Source: Bacteroidia bacterium (GTDB lineage Bacteria > Bacteroidota > Bacteroidia > Chitinophagales > Saprospiraceae). From it: DNA of 64,000 nucleotides. Made by a program: the position numbers and the translations under genes. The DNA is taken from contig JAUIEA010000006.1 of assembly GCA_030429045.1 (NCBI GenBank), forward strand, positions 3,879 to 67,878, read 5' to 3'. A model generated the notes under the pieces. That model did not search any database. It was not told where the DNA came from and worked only from the letters and a program-made list of their open reading frames with translations. The stretch's first letter is position 1, and each line of letters starts with the position of its first letter. This document shows positions 28,463 to 38,871 of the stretch, in pieces.

Positions 28463-28586
28463 ATTGACCCCCTGGCCACAGCTGCCCTGCGATGGAAAGC
28501 CCCCCATGCTTACGGTAGGGTTTCCTATTTTTACAGGATTGGGCGTTCCTTTTCACAGCGCCGTACTTCCGCCAAATCAACCCTCT

Positions 28587-30125
28587 ATGAAATCACTCTA
28601 CACATTATTCATGCTTTGCACACTTTGCCTTGCCGCATTCGGCCAGGATGGCGTGCTCGACTCCACCTTCGCCGATAACGGCATTCTCGCTTTTGATCTC
28701 AATCAAAAGTCAGACACCGGACATGGCCTGGCCATTCAGCCGGACGGGAAGATCCTCGTCAGTATGTCCGGAAGTGTAGTCAACAACTTTGATATCGTGG
28801 TCATCCGATTGCTGGAAAACGGAACCCTGGACACCACCTTTGCGGACAAGGGGATCTATGCCTATGGCTCTACGGATTTCTCTGACCTCAACTACGGGGT
28901 GACCCTGGCATCCGACGGGTCCATTTTCGCCTTTGGCGGGTATGGCGTCACCGCTCCCAATACGGATCTGGTCATCATCAAACTGGACTCGGATGGCGTT
29001 CCGGATCCCTCCTTTGGTACAGATGGTGTCTTCCTGCATCCCTATGGGGAAGGTGAGGAATATGTACATGCCCTCGCATTTACCCCGGATGGCAAGATCC
29101 TCTTTGCCGGAAACACCTCGGTCCCCGGATTCAGCATCAACAGTCACCTGGTAGGTCGCCTGCATACCGATGGCACTATTGACACTTCATTTGGCGACCA
29201 GGGATTCTATGAATGGAATGATGTCGGCACAACAAACGAGACCTGGGATATCGAGTTGCTGGCTGATGGCAGCATGCTGACCTGTGGCAAGAATGTCCCT
29301 GCCGGCAAAAACCGACCTTGCCTGTACAAACTGCTCCCGGATGGTGCCGGCATTGACTCTTCATTTGCGATCAATGGCTTTCTGGAAGCCCCATATGAGG
29401 GTGTCGCCAGAGAGATGGTGATCCATCCGAATGGCCGGATCCTGTTGGCCGCTTCCGACCTGACCAGTATGGGATACAATATCGTGGTGTTGGCCTTTAA
29501 TGCCGATGGCACCGAAGACCTGACATTTGGTACAGATGGTGTGGTTCTCGTGGATAATGACATCAATGACTATGCGGCCTTCATCGTGGTCCAGGACGAT
29601 GGTAAGATCATTGCGGGTGGCGAATCCGGAGGGACCCTGTTCCAGGGCAACCCGAGAGGTTACTTTACCGTCCGCATGGATGAGGACGGGATCATCGATC
29701 CCTCATGGGGAGGAACCGGCATGGTCACCACCAATACATCCGACTTTTTTGCATTTGCCAACGACTGTGCCATCCAGGCCGACGGTCGCGTCCTGCTCAC
29801 CGGGGCATCGGCAACCAATTCAGGGAATGATTGCGTGATCGTTCGCTATAACAATGGCACCATCAGCAGTACACATGATCCTGCTTCCATCCTCCTCAAT
29901 ATCTCCCCGAACCCGGCTACAGACCAGCTGGTACTGGATGTTCCCGCAGGCCCGGCACGCACCTACACTCTGTTCCATACCAATGGACAGCAGGTCGCCT
30001 CAGGCATACTGGCCCCGAATCAGATCAGATATCGGATTCCTGTCGATCATCTCGCATCGGGAACCTATATCGTCGTCGTCCAGGGACCCGACGGGGCAGG
30101 ACGACAATTGTTGATCAAACACTAA
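28587..30125 (+). CDS. Delta-60 repeat (beta-propeller) protein, T9SS-secreted
   Basis: Starts at MKSLYTLFMLCTLCLAAFGQ; the ORF-track frame opens at 28344 and overlaps the rhodanese gene. The motif D(S/T/P)(S/T)F(A/G).(D/N)G recurs about 7 times, which is the delta-60 repeat pattern. The C-terminus LLNISPNPATDQLVL...GTYIVVV is a T9SS sorting domain. Confidence 0.75.
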   Translation: MKSLYTLFMLCTLCLAAFGQDGVLDSTFADNGILAFDLNQKSDTGHGLAIQPDGKILVSMSGSVVNNFDIVVIRLLENGTLDTTFADKGIYAYGSTDFSDLNYGVTLASDGSIFAFGGYGVTAPNTDLVIIKLDSDGVPDPSFGTDGVFLHPYGEGEEYVHALAFTPDGKILFAGNTSVPGFSINSHLVGRLHTDGTIDTSFGDQGFYEWNDVGTTNETWDIELLADGSMLTCGKNVPAGKNRPCLYKLLPDGAGIDSSFAINGFLEAPYEGVAREMVIHPNGRILLAASDLTSMGYNIVVLAFNADGTEDLTFGTDGVVLVDNDINDYAAFIVVQDDGKIIAGGESGGTLFQGNPRGYFTVRMDEDGIIDPSWGGTGMVTTNTSDFFAFANDCAIQADGRVLLTGASATNSGNDCVIVRYNNGTISSTHDPASILLNISPNPATDQLVLDVPAGPARTYTLFHTNGQQVASGILAPNQIRYRIPVDHLASGTYIVVVQGPDGAGRQLLIKH

Positions 30126-30139
30126 TCGTATCTCCAGTC

Positions 30140-30181
30140 AACCGTCCGGAACCACTTCTGATTCCGGACGGTTTTCATTTT
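30140..30181 (+). terminator. Rho-independent terminator
   Basis: AACCGTCCGGAA-N10-TTCCGGACGGTT, a 12-bp stem, followed by TTCATTTT. Confidence 0.6.
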
Positions 30182-30191
30182 GTTCAGGCTT

Positions 30192-32150
30192 ATGAATTAT
30201 TACGGCTTCTTCGGATCGCTCATCGGTGCACTCTTGCTGACAGCAGGAATGACATCCTCCGCCCAGGCGCAAAACCTGATCGCTGATCCGGGATTCGAGG
30301 ACTGGGATGGCACGGTAGGAAATCCACCGAATACCCTTGCACCATTGACCTTCTGGTATGAAGCGAACGGCACACCTGATCACCATCATGAGGATAATCC
30401 GGCCGGCAGCAACCTGACCAGCCTGCTGCCATGCCCGACTGGAAATGGGAATACCGAATGTGGCGTTCCACATTCCGGTAAGGGTGTCCTGGGCTGCTGG
30501 AAAGGGAATGGTGCGGATGGCACCAAGGAATGGGCCGGAACGGAACTGCTGCAACCCATGGTCCCGGGAGCCTGCTACAAGGTGTCCTATTGGGTCCAGA
30601 ACAAGGAGGACCATCCGAATTTCACCATGCTGACCAACCAGTGGGGGATCTTCTTTTCCGAGACTATGATCCCGACGTTCAACGCGAATCTCATCAATTT
30701 TGCCACCCGGGCGGATCAGTTTGTGACCTGCCAGGAGGTCAATGATGGCACGGACTGGACCTATGTCGAATTCATGTATACCCCGACAGAAGCCTATACC
30801 TATGCGTATGTCGGCTATATGGGCAATGTGTCTACCTCCACCTTTACCGCTTGGAGCATGGATTTTCAGATCGGATTCTATGCCTGGTTTGATGATATCG
30901 TAGTCGAACGGATCGAACCCCTGCTCACGGCATCGGATGATCAAACCATTTGCCTGGGCGACAGCATTTTCCTCTCCGCCACATCCAACTTTCCGGTGGA
31001 ATGGTCGGATGGGAGCTTCGTTGACACCATTGACGGCATTTGGGTCAAGCCCCAAACCACCACCACCTATACCGTTCGGACCCTGGATGGTACGAATTGC
31101 GCACTCACCCAGGACATAGTCATCACTGTTGTCGGCAATACCATCAATCCCTTTTCAGAATCGGTATGTGCCAGTACCAATCCATTTGTCATTGATCCCG
31201 GCGCTGGCGCGGGGTTCTGGTCGGGGCCCGGTATTACGAATCCAGGATCTGGTTTATTCGACCCCGGACTGGCCGGCACGGGGACGCATCTGATCCAGTT
31301 CAAGCCTTCCGGGGATTGTGCCCTGGGCTATCAGGTCGAGATCGAGGTGACGCCTGCTCCCGTGATCGAATTTTCGGTGGACGAGCCGATCGGCTGCCCT
31401 CCACATGCCCTGCAATTCTTCGATGAAAGCATTCCACCGGCGGCCTCCGTCTTGTGGACGTTTGGCGATGGCACCATAGGCAACACGTTCAATGATCCGC
31501 TCAAGACTTATTTCGAGTCCGGGTGGTACACCGTCACCCTGGAAGTCTACTATTCTGACTTCTGCAAGGCGGCACTCACCAAGGATTCATTTGTGCACAT
31601 CCTGGTGCCCCCGAAAGCCGGATTTACCATCACCCCCAAGCAACCCTCCACCCTGGAACCCCTGGTCCAATTCCATGATGCTTCTAGCGGAGATCCACAG
31701 TCCTGGTTCTGGTCATTCGGTGATGGCGGCACTAGCTCCAATTCCGACCCCTCTCACGAATACCAGGATGCCGGCATTTACCCGATCACCCAGATCGTGA
31801 CGGGTGCGCTCGGCTGTGCGGACACCCTGACCCAGGATATCATTGTCACCTGGGATGTCAAGCTCTTTGTCCCCACGGCATTTTCACCCAATGAGGATGG
31901 GATCAACGACGTCTTTCGCCCGGCCGCTGCAGGCCCACTGGAACGATATCACATGCAGATCTTTGACCGCTGGGGTGGTCTGATCTTTGAATCCAACGAT
32001 CCACAAACCGGCTGGAACGGGGAAGGCCGGAATGGCAAACCCCTGGATCCCGGCGTCTATCTGTACACGCTTGAAGTTGCACCACCCAGCCTGTCCAATC
32101 TGCCATCCACTTCCAAGTTGTATTCGGGAGAGCTGTTACTGATGCGCTGA
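30192..32150 (+). CDS. PKD-domain protein with gliding-motility-associated C-terminal domain (T9SS type B sorting domain)
   Basis: Starts at MNYYGFFGSLIGALLLTAGMTSSAQAQ. Two PKD-like modules are present (WTFGDGT...YFESGWYTVTLEV and WSFGDGGTS...YQDAGIYPITQIV). The C-terminal FVPTAFSPNEDGINDVFRP is the type-B T9SS/CHU_C signature. Confidence 0.8.
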   Translation: MNYYGFFGSLIGALLLTAGMTSSAQAQNLIADPGFEDWDGTVGNPPNTLAPLTFWYEANGTPDHHHEDNPAGSNLTSLLPCPTGNGNTECGVPHSGKGVLGCWKGNGADGTKEWAGTELLQPMVPGACYKVSYWVQNKEDHPNFTMLTNQWGIFFSETMIPTFNANLINFATRADQFVTCQEVNDGTDWTYVEFMYTPTEAYTYAYVGYMGNVSTSTFTAWSMDFQIGFYAWFDDIVVERIEPLLTASDDQTICLGDSIFLSATSNFPVEWSDGSFVDTIDGIWVKPQTTTTYTVRTLDGTNCALTQDIVITVVGNTINPFSESVCASTNPFVIDPGAGAGFWSGPGITNPGSGLFDPGLAGTGTHLIQFKPSGDCALGYQVEIEVTPAPVIEFSVDEPIGCPPHALQFFDESIPPAASVLWTFGDGTIGNTFNDPLKTYFESGWYTVTLEVYYSDFCKAALTKDSFVHILVPPKAGFTITPKQPSTLEPLVQFHDASSGDPQSWFWSFGDGGTSSNSDPSHEYQDAGIYPITQIVTGALGCADTLTQDIIVTWDVKLFVPTAFSPNEDGINDVFRPAAAGPLERYHMQIFDRWGGLIFESNDPQTGWNGEGRNGKPLDPGVYLYTLEVAPPSLSNLPSTSKLYSGELLLMR

Positions 32151-32239
32151 TCTGGATGATGGCCGGTCGATCGGTGCTCCTCTCGTGAAGAAGATTTGGA
32201 CATCACTCGTTCAGCCGTACCTTTGGGAGAAAGCAAGCC

Positions 32240-32776
32240 ATGGATCAGTCACGTGTGGAAGTTCCACTCAACCGAAAAAAATTCTTGTTCCGGGGTGGCC
32301 TCTTTGCCGCCCTGGCCCTGGTCGGTGTCTGGCTGTTCCTTTCATATGCTTCGACCCAGTCTTTTCTGACCCCCTGGGTCGTCCAGGTGATGGCCGGGGT
32401 CCTGGTTTTTGTCTTCGGTATCCTGGCGATGAATGATCTGCAAAAAGGCCTGGGTAATCCCGTTGGGCTGGTGATCTCTCCCGAAGGGATCATCGATCAC
32501 AGTAGCAATCTCGGGACTGGCCTGATCCGGTGGAAGGAGATTCGGCAGGTCAGGATCGATACCAGCCGGTCGGATCAGCACATCCTGGTAGAGGTCACCA
32601 AACCCAAAGACCTGCAGAAAAAAGCCAGCAACCCCCTCCAGCAAAACCTGATGAACACCAATGTCAAATTGTATGGCACACCGGTGGTCATCCAGGCCGA
32701 TCACCTCACTATGCCTGCCCGGACACTACTTTCGCTTCTGGAGGAACGCCTCCGTCCTTCGAAAAAACGTCCATGA
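32240..32776 (+). CDS. Membrane protein, possibly STM3941/bPH-like family
   Basis: 178 aa with two N-terminal TM segments and then a soluble domain. The family assignment is from memory only. Confidence 0.45.
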   Translation: MDQSRVEVPLNRKKFLFRGGLFAALALVGVWLFLSYASTQSFLTPWVVQVMAGVLVFVFGILAMNDLQKGLGNPVGLVISPEGIIDHSSNLGTGLIRWKEIRQVRIDTSRSDQHILVEVTKPKDLQKKASNPLQQNLMNTNVKLYGTPVVIQADHLTMPARTLLSLLEERLRPSKKRP

Positions 32777-33456
32777 AGATCTGGAATCATCCCGTTTGGA
32801 GACGCTGGACCCTGGCTTGTGGCGCAGGTGAATTTCTGGGGATCGGCGTGGCTGGCATGCTGGCCTTTGCCTATCTCCAATGGGTAGGCGAACCGGAAAC
32901 GGGATGGGAAAAAACAGGTCAGATATTGATCGGCATTCTGGCCGGAATGTTCGAGGGTTTTATCCTGGCCACATTCCAATGGCATATCCTTGGCAAATTG
33001 TTTCCCAGTCTGCCTGCCAGGATGTGGATCGGTTATACCATGCTGGTCGCTGTCCTTGGCTGGATACTGGGAATGGTCTATCCAACATTTTTTTCATCCG
33101 GCCAGCAGGCACAGGGTGTCCCAATCGAACCGCCCTTTGCGCTCGTGATCGCTGGTGCCGCGGCAATGGGCCTGATCCTGGGAGCGTTATTCGGGTGGTT
33201 CCAATGGCTGGCCTTCCGAAAATATGTTCGAAGAACGAACAAGTGGATCCGGGCCAATGCTTTTGGATGGTTGGTTGGCATGATATGGATCTTTGCATGT
33301 GCGACATGGCCTGATGAAGAATCATCACTCACCATCATCCTCCTGGCCGGATCTCTGGGAGGCATTCTGGCAGGACTCAGTGTGGGTTCGATCACCGGTC
33401 TGTATCTGTTGAAAATTCTCCAGGATCAACCGCCTTTACCTCAAAGTACAACCTGA
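32773..33456 (+). CDS. Multi-pass membrane protein, unknown function
   Basis: Starts at MKIWNHPVWRRW with an ATGA overlap onto the upstream stop. Several hydrophobic helices are present. The ORF-track frame opens far upstream (32530) inside the previous gene. Confidence 0.55.
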   Translation: MKIWNHPVWRRWTLACGAGEFLGIGVAGMLAFAYLQWVGEPETGWEKTGQILIGILAGMFEGFILATFQWHILGKLFPSLPARMWIGYTMLVAVLGWILGMVYPTFFSSGQQAQGVPIEPPFALVIAGAAAMGLILGALFGWFQWLAFRKYVRRTNKWIRANAFGWLVGMIWIFACATWPDEESSLTIILLAGSLGGILAGLSVGSITGLYLLKILQDQPPLPQSTT

Positions 33457-33459
33457 CTG

Positions 33460-34149
33460 ATGATGAGCTATTCCCCCGAGGCGAAACGGGACATCCTTGA
33501 TCGTACCCTGGAATTTGTGAAGACCTCACTGGCCCAGGCGGAAGGGGGGCATGACTGGTGGCATATCCAGCGCGTATGGACCAACGCCCGGCATATCGCC
33601 GAAGGTGAAGAAGTGGACTCGTTTGTTGTCGAGCTTGCAGCCTTGTTGCACGACATCGCCGATTCGAAATTCCATGGTGGTGACGAAGAAGTCGGTCCCC
33701 GGAAAGCCCGGCAGTTCCTGGAAAGCCTGGCCGTAGATGAACCCATTGTCGATCATGTGGTCCAGATCATTCGACATGTCTCCTTCAAGGGAGGGCATCA
33801 GGATGGCTCCTTCCATTCCGCCGAACTTGCCGTCGTCCAGGATGCGGATCGCCTGGATGCTCTCGGAGCCATCGGTATCGCCCGGGCATTCAATTATGGA
33901 GGGCACAAAGGCCGCGGGCTGTATGATCCCGCCATCTCTCCAAATCTGCATATGAGTGTGGAGGAGTATAAACACAGTACTGCTCCAACCATCAACCACT
34001 TCTATGAAAAGCTCCTCCTGCTGAAGGACCTGATGAATACAGAAACCGGGCGAAAGATGGCTGAAGAACGGCATCGATTTATGGAAGCCTATCTGGAGCA
34101 GTTTTACCACGAGTGGAATGGCACAGAAACAAGCCGTAAAGAAGCATGA
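33460..34149 (+). CDS. HD-domain phosphohydrolase (YedJ-like)
   Basis: 229 aa with the HD motif in AALLHDIADSKFH and a downstream DADRLDALGAIG motif. Confidence 0.8.
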   Translation: MMSYSPEAKRDILDRTLEFVKTSLAQAEGGHDWWHIQRVWTNARHIAEGEEVDSFVVELAALLHDIADSKFHGGDEEVGPRKARQFLESLAVDEPIVDHVVQIIRHVSFKGGHQDGSFHSAELAVVQDADRLDALGAIGIARAFNYGGHKGRGLYDPAISPNLHMSVEEYKHSTAPTINHFYEKLLLLKDLMNTETGRKMAEERHRFMEAYLEQFYHEWNGTETSRKEA

Positions 34150-34356
34150 ATTCCAGCCCTCTTTCTTTAAATATTGACCCCATCAATGGGAACACCTCTC
34201 TTCCACTTTCCATTTCGCCCCACGCTCACTCCTTCTTCGGTAGGGCGAATTCGGTGGAAGGCCGGCATCCTGGGAGGAACTCTGGTTTCAATTCTGCTTT
34301 TCTCCTAGTTTAGTATTGGCTCGCAGGTCATTGAAACAATAGCCAGTCCCACTCGG

Positions 34357-34734
34357 TTGGCACACATTCTTCCTATTCCTCTGGATCGCATGGGGACCAT
34401 TGCCATTATTTCTATTGCATTAGGAACCTCCGTTACTTCCTGGATATGGATAGGGAAAACACAGGCTCCCTATTTACGACAAAGACTATTTCGCCAATAT
34501 GCCAGAACACTCATTGCCCTGACCTTCTGGTTCGTTTTATGCGCATTCACCAGGTTTACTACGCTTCATTACCTGGTTATATACTGGACGATCTATCACT
34601 TCAGTCTTCCCACTTTGGAAGCCCTGTATCCAGGTCTGGCCCTGTGCGTTGGTATAGTCCATATTTCCATCAACTGGATGGCGTTGCGGTTAGTATTTCA
34701 ATTGCCCATTCGAACAAAGAGAAATACACGTTGA
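34357..34734 (+). CDS. Hypothetical small membrane protein
   Basis: 125 aa with a TTG start and three or four hydrophobic segments. No recognisable family, so it may not be a real gene. Confidence 0.3.
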   Translation: MAHILPIPLDRMGTIAIISIALGTSVTSWIWIGKTQAPYLRQRLFRQYARTLIALTFWFVLCAFTRFTTLHYLVIYWTIYHFSLPTLEALYPGLALCVGIVHISINWMALRLVFQLPIRTKRNTR

Positions 34735-34741
34735 CGCTCCT

Positions 34742-36040
34742 TCACAAGATCCACCGCAACGCCAACCCTGCCCAGTCTCCCCGCCGAATGGCCCCCAGAC
34801 CGGACTGGGTAAAATAGCTGTTGACTTCAGCACCATCTCCGGCATAGCCCGGATCTCCCTGGCGGAAGGTATAGTGCAGCTGGACCACCGTTTTGGGATT
34901 GAACCACCAGTTGACGCCGACCTCAACATATGACTCCTGACCGGAAGGTTTGCCGATGGAGTCCGCCAGCAGCTGATCATTTTCACTCCGGCCTCCCGCC
35001 ATAAAAGCATAGGTCAGCGTAGGCTCTATAAACCCGAGATGGTCGACGGCGAGGTTATACCCGGCCCTCAAATGCCCGGTCCGGATGATATACTGTTTGA
35101 CCTCAAAGATGGGATCACCTGGAAATTCCACAGGATCCGTTCCCAGCCAGTGGATCTCCCCGTCCAGTTGAAATGGTCCGCGATTTACCAGAAGGTCGAC
35201 ACCAGAGGACCAGGAACGCCTGACCGGACCCAGGCCATTTGCCCGGGCACCACCGAGACCCAGGGATATTCCATTGCGCTTGCCAAAGGCATTGATCTTG
35301 TGTGATAGACTGTATTGCGGTGCCTCCGGGTCACCCCAGGTGCCCACCACTCGACCGACCAGGAGAACGGGCGGTTTCGTCTCCCCATTTCGATCAGGGC
35401 CAAAAAGTCCAGCATCCCATCGCAGCCAGGCCCGATCACTGCCCAACCGTAACTGACACCCCGCATTGATGCCTGGTGCTCTTCCCGGATTCCGATGCAC
35501 CAGATGTTCCCGCAGGTAATTCTGATCCATGGTCTTCTCAATACTATTCACAGCAAAACCGCTGGTGATGCTTTCCCGGCCATACTGAGGACGGAAATAA
35601 CCGACCGTGAGACGAGGGCCCTTTCCATCCCGACGAATTCCCCAGGTCACGTAAGCGTCAAGCAATCCGACCGATGGAAAGGAACCGTTGTTGGTTCCGC
35701 CAACTGTTCCGGAAGCTGGATTGTGGCCCACCTGATCGAATGCCAGTACGGTGGTGTAGGTCAGCCGGGGAAGGATCTCTCCTTTGACACCGATCCGGGC
35801 CCGGCGTAATTGCACGTTCCAGATATTGTAGGTTGGGGTATACCGCCCCGGCCAGGTGCCGCCATCAGAGTAACGGTCATGCTGGGGGGAATAGGTCCCC
35901 CACATCTGGAACATGGCGATGAATTCAGGCCTGGATGGTCTGTAGGTCCGCAGATCCACAAGGGAGTCCTGAGCAGACACCGGTTTGCCTGCTGTTATCA
36001 GCAGGAGGATAAACCCCACTTGAATCATTCTCATCATCAT
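34742..36040 (-). CDS. Outer-membrane porin (phosphate-selective porin O/P-like), last gene of the sulfur cluster
   Basis: 432 aa with signal peptide MMMRMIQVGFILLLITAGKPVSAQ. Has beta-strand periodicity and a C-terminal aromatic-rich end. The family call is tentative. Confidence 0.55.
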   Translation of the reverse strand: MMMRMIQVGFILLLITAGKPVSAQDSLVDLRTYRPSRPEFIAMFQMWGTYSPQHDRYSDGGTWPGRYTPTYNIWNVQLRRARIGVKGEILPRLTYTTVLAFDQVGHNPASGTVGGTNNGSFPSVGLLDAYVTWGIRRDGKGPRLTVGYFRPQYGRESITSGFAVNSIEKTMDQNYLREHLVHRNPGRAPGINAGCQLRLGSDRAWLRWDAGLFGPDRNGETKPPVLLVGRVVGTWGDPEAPQYSLSHKINAFGKRNGISLGLGGARANGLGPVRRSWSSGVDLLVNRGPFQLDGEIHWLGTDPVEFPGDPIFEVKQYIIRTGHLRAGYNLAVDHLGFIEPTLTYAFMAGGRSENDQLLADSIGKPSGQESYVEVGVNWWFNPKTVVQLHYTFRQGDPGYAGDGAEVNSYFTQSGLGAIRRGDWAGLALRWIL

Positions 36041-36105
36041 GACTGGCGATGAATGGTCACTTCAATCCACTAGAACAGAGGACGCTGGATATTCAATCAG
36101 TGTTT

Positions 36106-36519
36106 TTATTGTGGCAACTTGCTGGCCACAGCCCCATATGCCCAGGTACCCAGAAAGGCACCCAGGATAAAGATCAGCACGATCCAGAAGCCATTGCCGA
36201 GCAGGACCCACATCGGGCCCGGACAGGCCCCTGTGATCGCCCAGCCGATCCCGAAGATCGAACCGGCCAGGAGGTGGCGTTTGATACTCAGGGGCATGGG
36301 CGTGTAGTCGACCTCGGTACCTGCCCAGGTTCTCACCCGGGCACTTTTGAGGACATACATGGCGATGATGCCAGCTACTACTGCCACACCGATCACCCCA
36401 TACATATGGAATGCTTCAAAGCGAAACATCTCCGTGATCCGAAACCAGGAAATCACTTCCGATTTGGTCATAATGATCCCGAAAGGGATGCCGATCAGAA
36501 AAAAGGCCAGATTTTTCAT
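36106..36519 (-). CDS. YeeE/YedE-family sulfur-compound transporter, small half (DUF6691-like)
   Basis: 137 aa and four TM segments, with the GACPGP motif characteristic of the second half of YeeE/YedE transporters. Confidence 0.7.
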   Translation of the reverse strand: MKNLAFFLIGIPFGIIMTKSEVISWFRITEMFRFEAFHMYGVIGVAVVAGIIAMYVLKSARVRTWAGTEVDYTPMPLSIKRHLLAGSIFGIGWAITGACPGPMWVLLGNGFWIVLIFILGAFLGTWAYGAVASKLPQ

Positions 36520-36538
36520 CGTTCTGTGTCGTTTGGGA

Positions 36539-37123
36539 TTAGAGGATCAGGGGAAGGAGATAAGGCAGAACCAGCCAGGTCATGATCAATCCGCCGATAA
36601 AAAATCCGATCACTGTGATCAGGGAGGGAAGAGACAAATGGGACAGCCCGGTAATCGCATGGCCGGATGTACATCCTTCACCATAACGAGAGCCGAAGCC
36701 TACAAAAAAGCCACCGACCAGGGCCAGTACGACACCTTTCCAATTGGCAAAACTGAAGATCACGGTCGGCAGGAATCCAAGCCCGGTTTCGTCTGATTCC
36801 GGATAGGCGATTCCCAAACCACTCAAATAGTCGATGGTGGACGCCGATATGGCTACAGGTTCTGGGCTACGCAGATAGTGGACAGCGAGGATGGCACCTA
36901 GTACGCTCCCCGCGACAAAGGTCATCAGCCAGCGATTGTCCTTCGTATTGATGTCAAAATAGGGGATCTTCTTCCCGGCGCCTGCATATGCGCAGAGGAC
37001 TTTAAAACTGGAGGAGACGCCGAATTTTCGTCCCATGAGGGTCAACGCAACCGAGACTGCGGTGATCGCCAGGCCTCCTACAGCCCAATGCCAGGGTTGA
37101 CTGATCCATTCCAAAATTGTCAT
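36539..37123 (-). CDS. YeeE/YedE-family sulfur-compound transporter, large half
   Basis: Starts at MTILEWISQPWHW; the ORF-track frame opens at 37300. The GEGCTSGH motif is typical of the YeeE/YedE (sulphur transport) family. Confidence 0.75.
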   Translation of the reverse strand: MTILEWISQPWHWAVGGLAITAVSVALTLMGRKFGVSSSFKVLCAYAGAGKKIPYFDINTKDNRWLMTFVAGSVLGAILAVHYLRSPEPVAISASTIDYLSGLGIAYPESDETGLGFLPTVIFSFANWKGVVLALVGGFFVGFGSRYGEGCTSGHAITGLSHLSLPSLITVIGFFIGGLIMTWLVLPYLLPLIL

Positions 37124-37332
37124 TGATTCAAATTTAAACGCCCAGAAAAGATGATTCAGTTGAAAATCGAGAAGCAAAAGATACGGAAAGGCCGAGACTC
37201 CGATATCGATGCCCCTTGTACAGACGCAAAGAACCGACATTGCAAACGCCCTTCCCGTGATGTATATCACAAAAGAAGAGAGTTGACGAATCGCCGCCAA
37301 CTCCCTTCCGCTATGATCATCCGTAAGATGAA

Positions 37333-38742
37333 CTATAATTCAGTCTCCTGTTCTGTGAATTCGGTCCGTTGAATATTCGTTTCTGTCAATGCCGTAAACC
37401 CGCCTGGAATATTGACCACGTCGTGGATTCCCCTAGCTTTGAGAATGGACCCTGCAATGACGGAGCGGTAACCCGTAGCACAATAGAGGAAATACTTGTT
37501 TTCCGGCTTGAGCTCATTCATATTCCGATTGATAAAATCCAATGGAAAACTGGTTGCCCCGACCACATGTTCGGCTGCAAACTCACTGTACTTCCGCACA
37601 TCCAGCACCTTCATATTTTTTCCATCGAAAACGTTATCCAGTTCTTCCGGGGATAATTCTTCCATGGTGTCGATCTCTTCTCCTGCTTCCTGCCACGCGG
37701 CAAACCCGCCTTCCAGGAATCCGATCGGATGGTCATAGCCTACCCGGGCCAGGCGGACGACCACTTCGTCTTCACGACCGGGATCGGCCACAAAGAGAAT
37801 AGGCTGTTTCAGATCAGTGATCAATGCGCCGACCCAGGGTGCGAAACTGCCATCGACCCCGATAAATATGGACCCGGGAATAAAGCCTTTGACAAATTTC
37901 AGCTGGTCGCGGGTATCCAGTACCAGGGCATTCTCGCCTTCCCAGGCGGCTTTGAAGGCTCGAACGCTCAAGGGCTGTGAACCTCGCTGGCGAACCACAT
38001 CGATGGATTCGTAGCCCATTTTATTCATGACCGCATTCTTGGGGAAATACTGCGGCGGTTCCACCAGACCGGTAGTGACTTCCCGGACAAATTCTTCCCG
38101 GGTCATATCGGGCCGCAATGCGTAGTTGACCCGTTTCTGTTCACCGATGGTGCCCTGGGTCTCCTTGCTCATTTTCTTTCCACATGCTGATCCTGCGCCG
38201 TGGCCCGGATAGACGATCACATCATCCGCCAGGGGCATGATCTTGTTGCGCAAACTGTCGAACAGGTAACCTGCGAGATCCTCCCGGGTGAGGTCTGTCT
38301 TGATGGCCAGATCTGGTCTGCCGACATCCCCCAGGAAGAGGGTGTCGCCGGTAAATATAGCATGGTCCTTCCCCTTTTCATCACGGAGCAGGTAGGATGA
38401 ACTTTCCATGGTATGTCCGGGCGTGTGCAGGACAACAATGGAGATATCCCCCACTTTCAGGACTTCGCCATCCTTGGCGATATGGGCATTGAAATTGGGC
38501 TTGGCTGTCGGTCCGAACACGATGGTCGCACCGGTCTGTTTGGCCAGATCCAGATGCCCGGAAACAAAGTCTGCATGGAAGTGCGTTTCCAGAACGTATT
38601 TGATCTGAGCGCCATCCGCTTTCGCTCTTTCGAGGTAGGGTTCTGTTTCGCGCAGTGGGTCGATCACGATGGCTTCTCCCTTACTTTCAATATAATAGGC
38701 GGCTTCGGCCAGACATCCGGTATACAATTGTTCTACTTTCAT
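37333..38742 (-). CDS. Persulfide dioxygenase (MBL fold) - tandem rhodanese fusion (CstB/Blh-like), copy 1
   Basis: 469 aa. ETHFHADFVSGH is the HxHxDH metal site of the MBL/ETHE1-type fold. The C-terminal rhodanese active loop is YCATGYRS. Confidence 0.85.
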   Translation of the reverse strand: MKVEQLYTGCLAEAAYYIESKGEAIVIDPLRETEPYLERAKADGAQIKYVLETHFHADFVSGHLDLAKQTGATIVFGPTAKPNFNAHIAKDGEVLKVGDISIVVLHTPGHTMESSSYLLRDEKGKDHAIFTGDTLFLGDVGRPDLAIKTDLTREDLAGYLFDSLRNKIMPLADDVIVYPGHGAGSACGKKMSKETQGTIGEQKRVNYALRPDMTREEFVREVTTGLVEPPQYFPKNAVMNKMGYESIDVVRQRGSQPLSVRAFKAAWEGENALVLDTRDQLKFVKGFIPGSIFIGVDGSFAPWVGALITDLKQPILFVADPGREDEVVVRLARVGYDHPIGFLEGGFAAWQEAGEEIDTMEELSPEELDNVFDGKNMKVLDVRKYSEFAAEHVVGATSFPLDFINRNMNELKPENKYFLYCATGYRSVIAGSILKARGIHDVVNIPGGFTALTETNIQRTEFTEQETEL

Positions 38743-38809
38743 AAAGACTTGTTTTACACGAGGATTAATGGGACTGGAGGGCAGACCTCAGTCCAGTTGT
38801 TCACTAGTG

Positions 38810-38854
38810 TAAAAATACCCTGAAACGGACGCTCTGATTGTGACACCTGTCACG
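38810..38854 (-). promoter_or_regulatory. Internal promoter of the sulfur cluster: CRP-type palindrome (CGTGA-CAGGTG-TCACA on the minus strand), then 21 nt, then a -7 box (TATTTTTA)
   Basis: The palindrome is at 38839-38854, the 21-nt spacer at 38818-38838 and the -7-like box at 38810-38817. The ATG of PDO copy 1 is at 38742. The geometry is identical to the site at 46795-46839. Confidence 0.5.
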
Positions 38855-38871
38855 AAAAACTCTGATGCCGA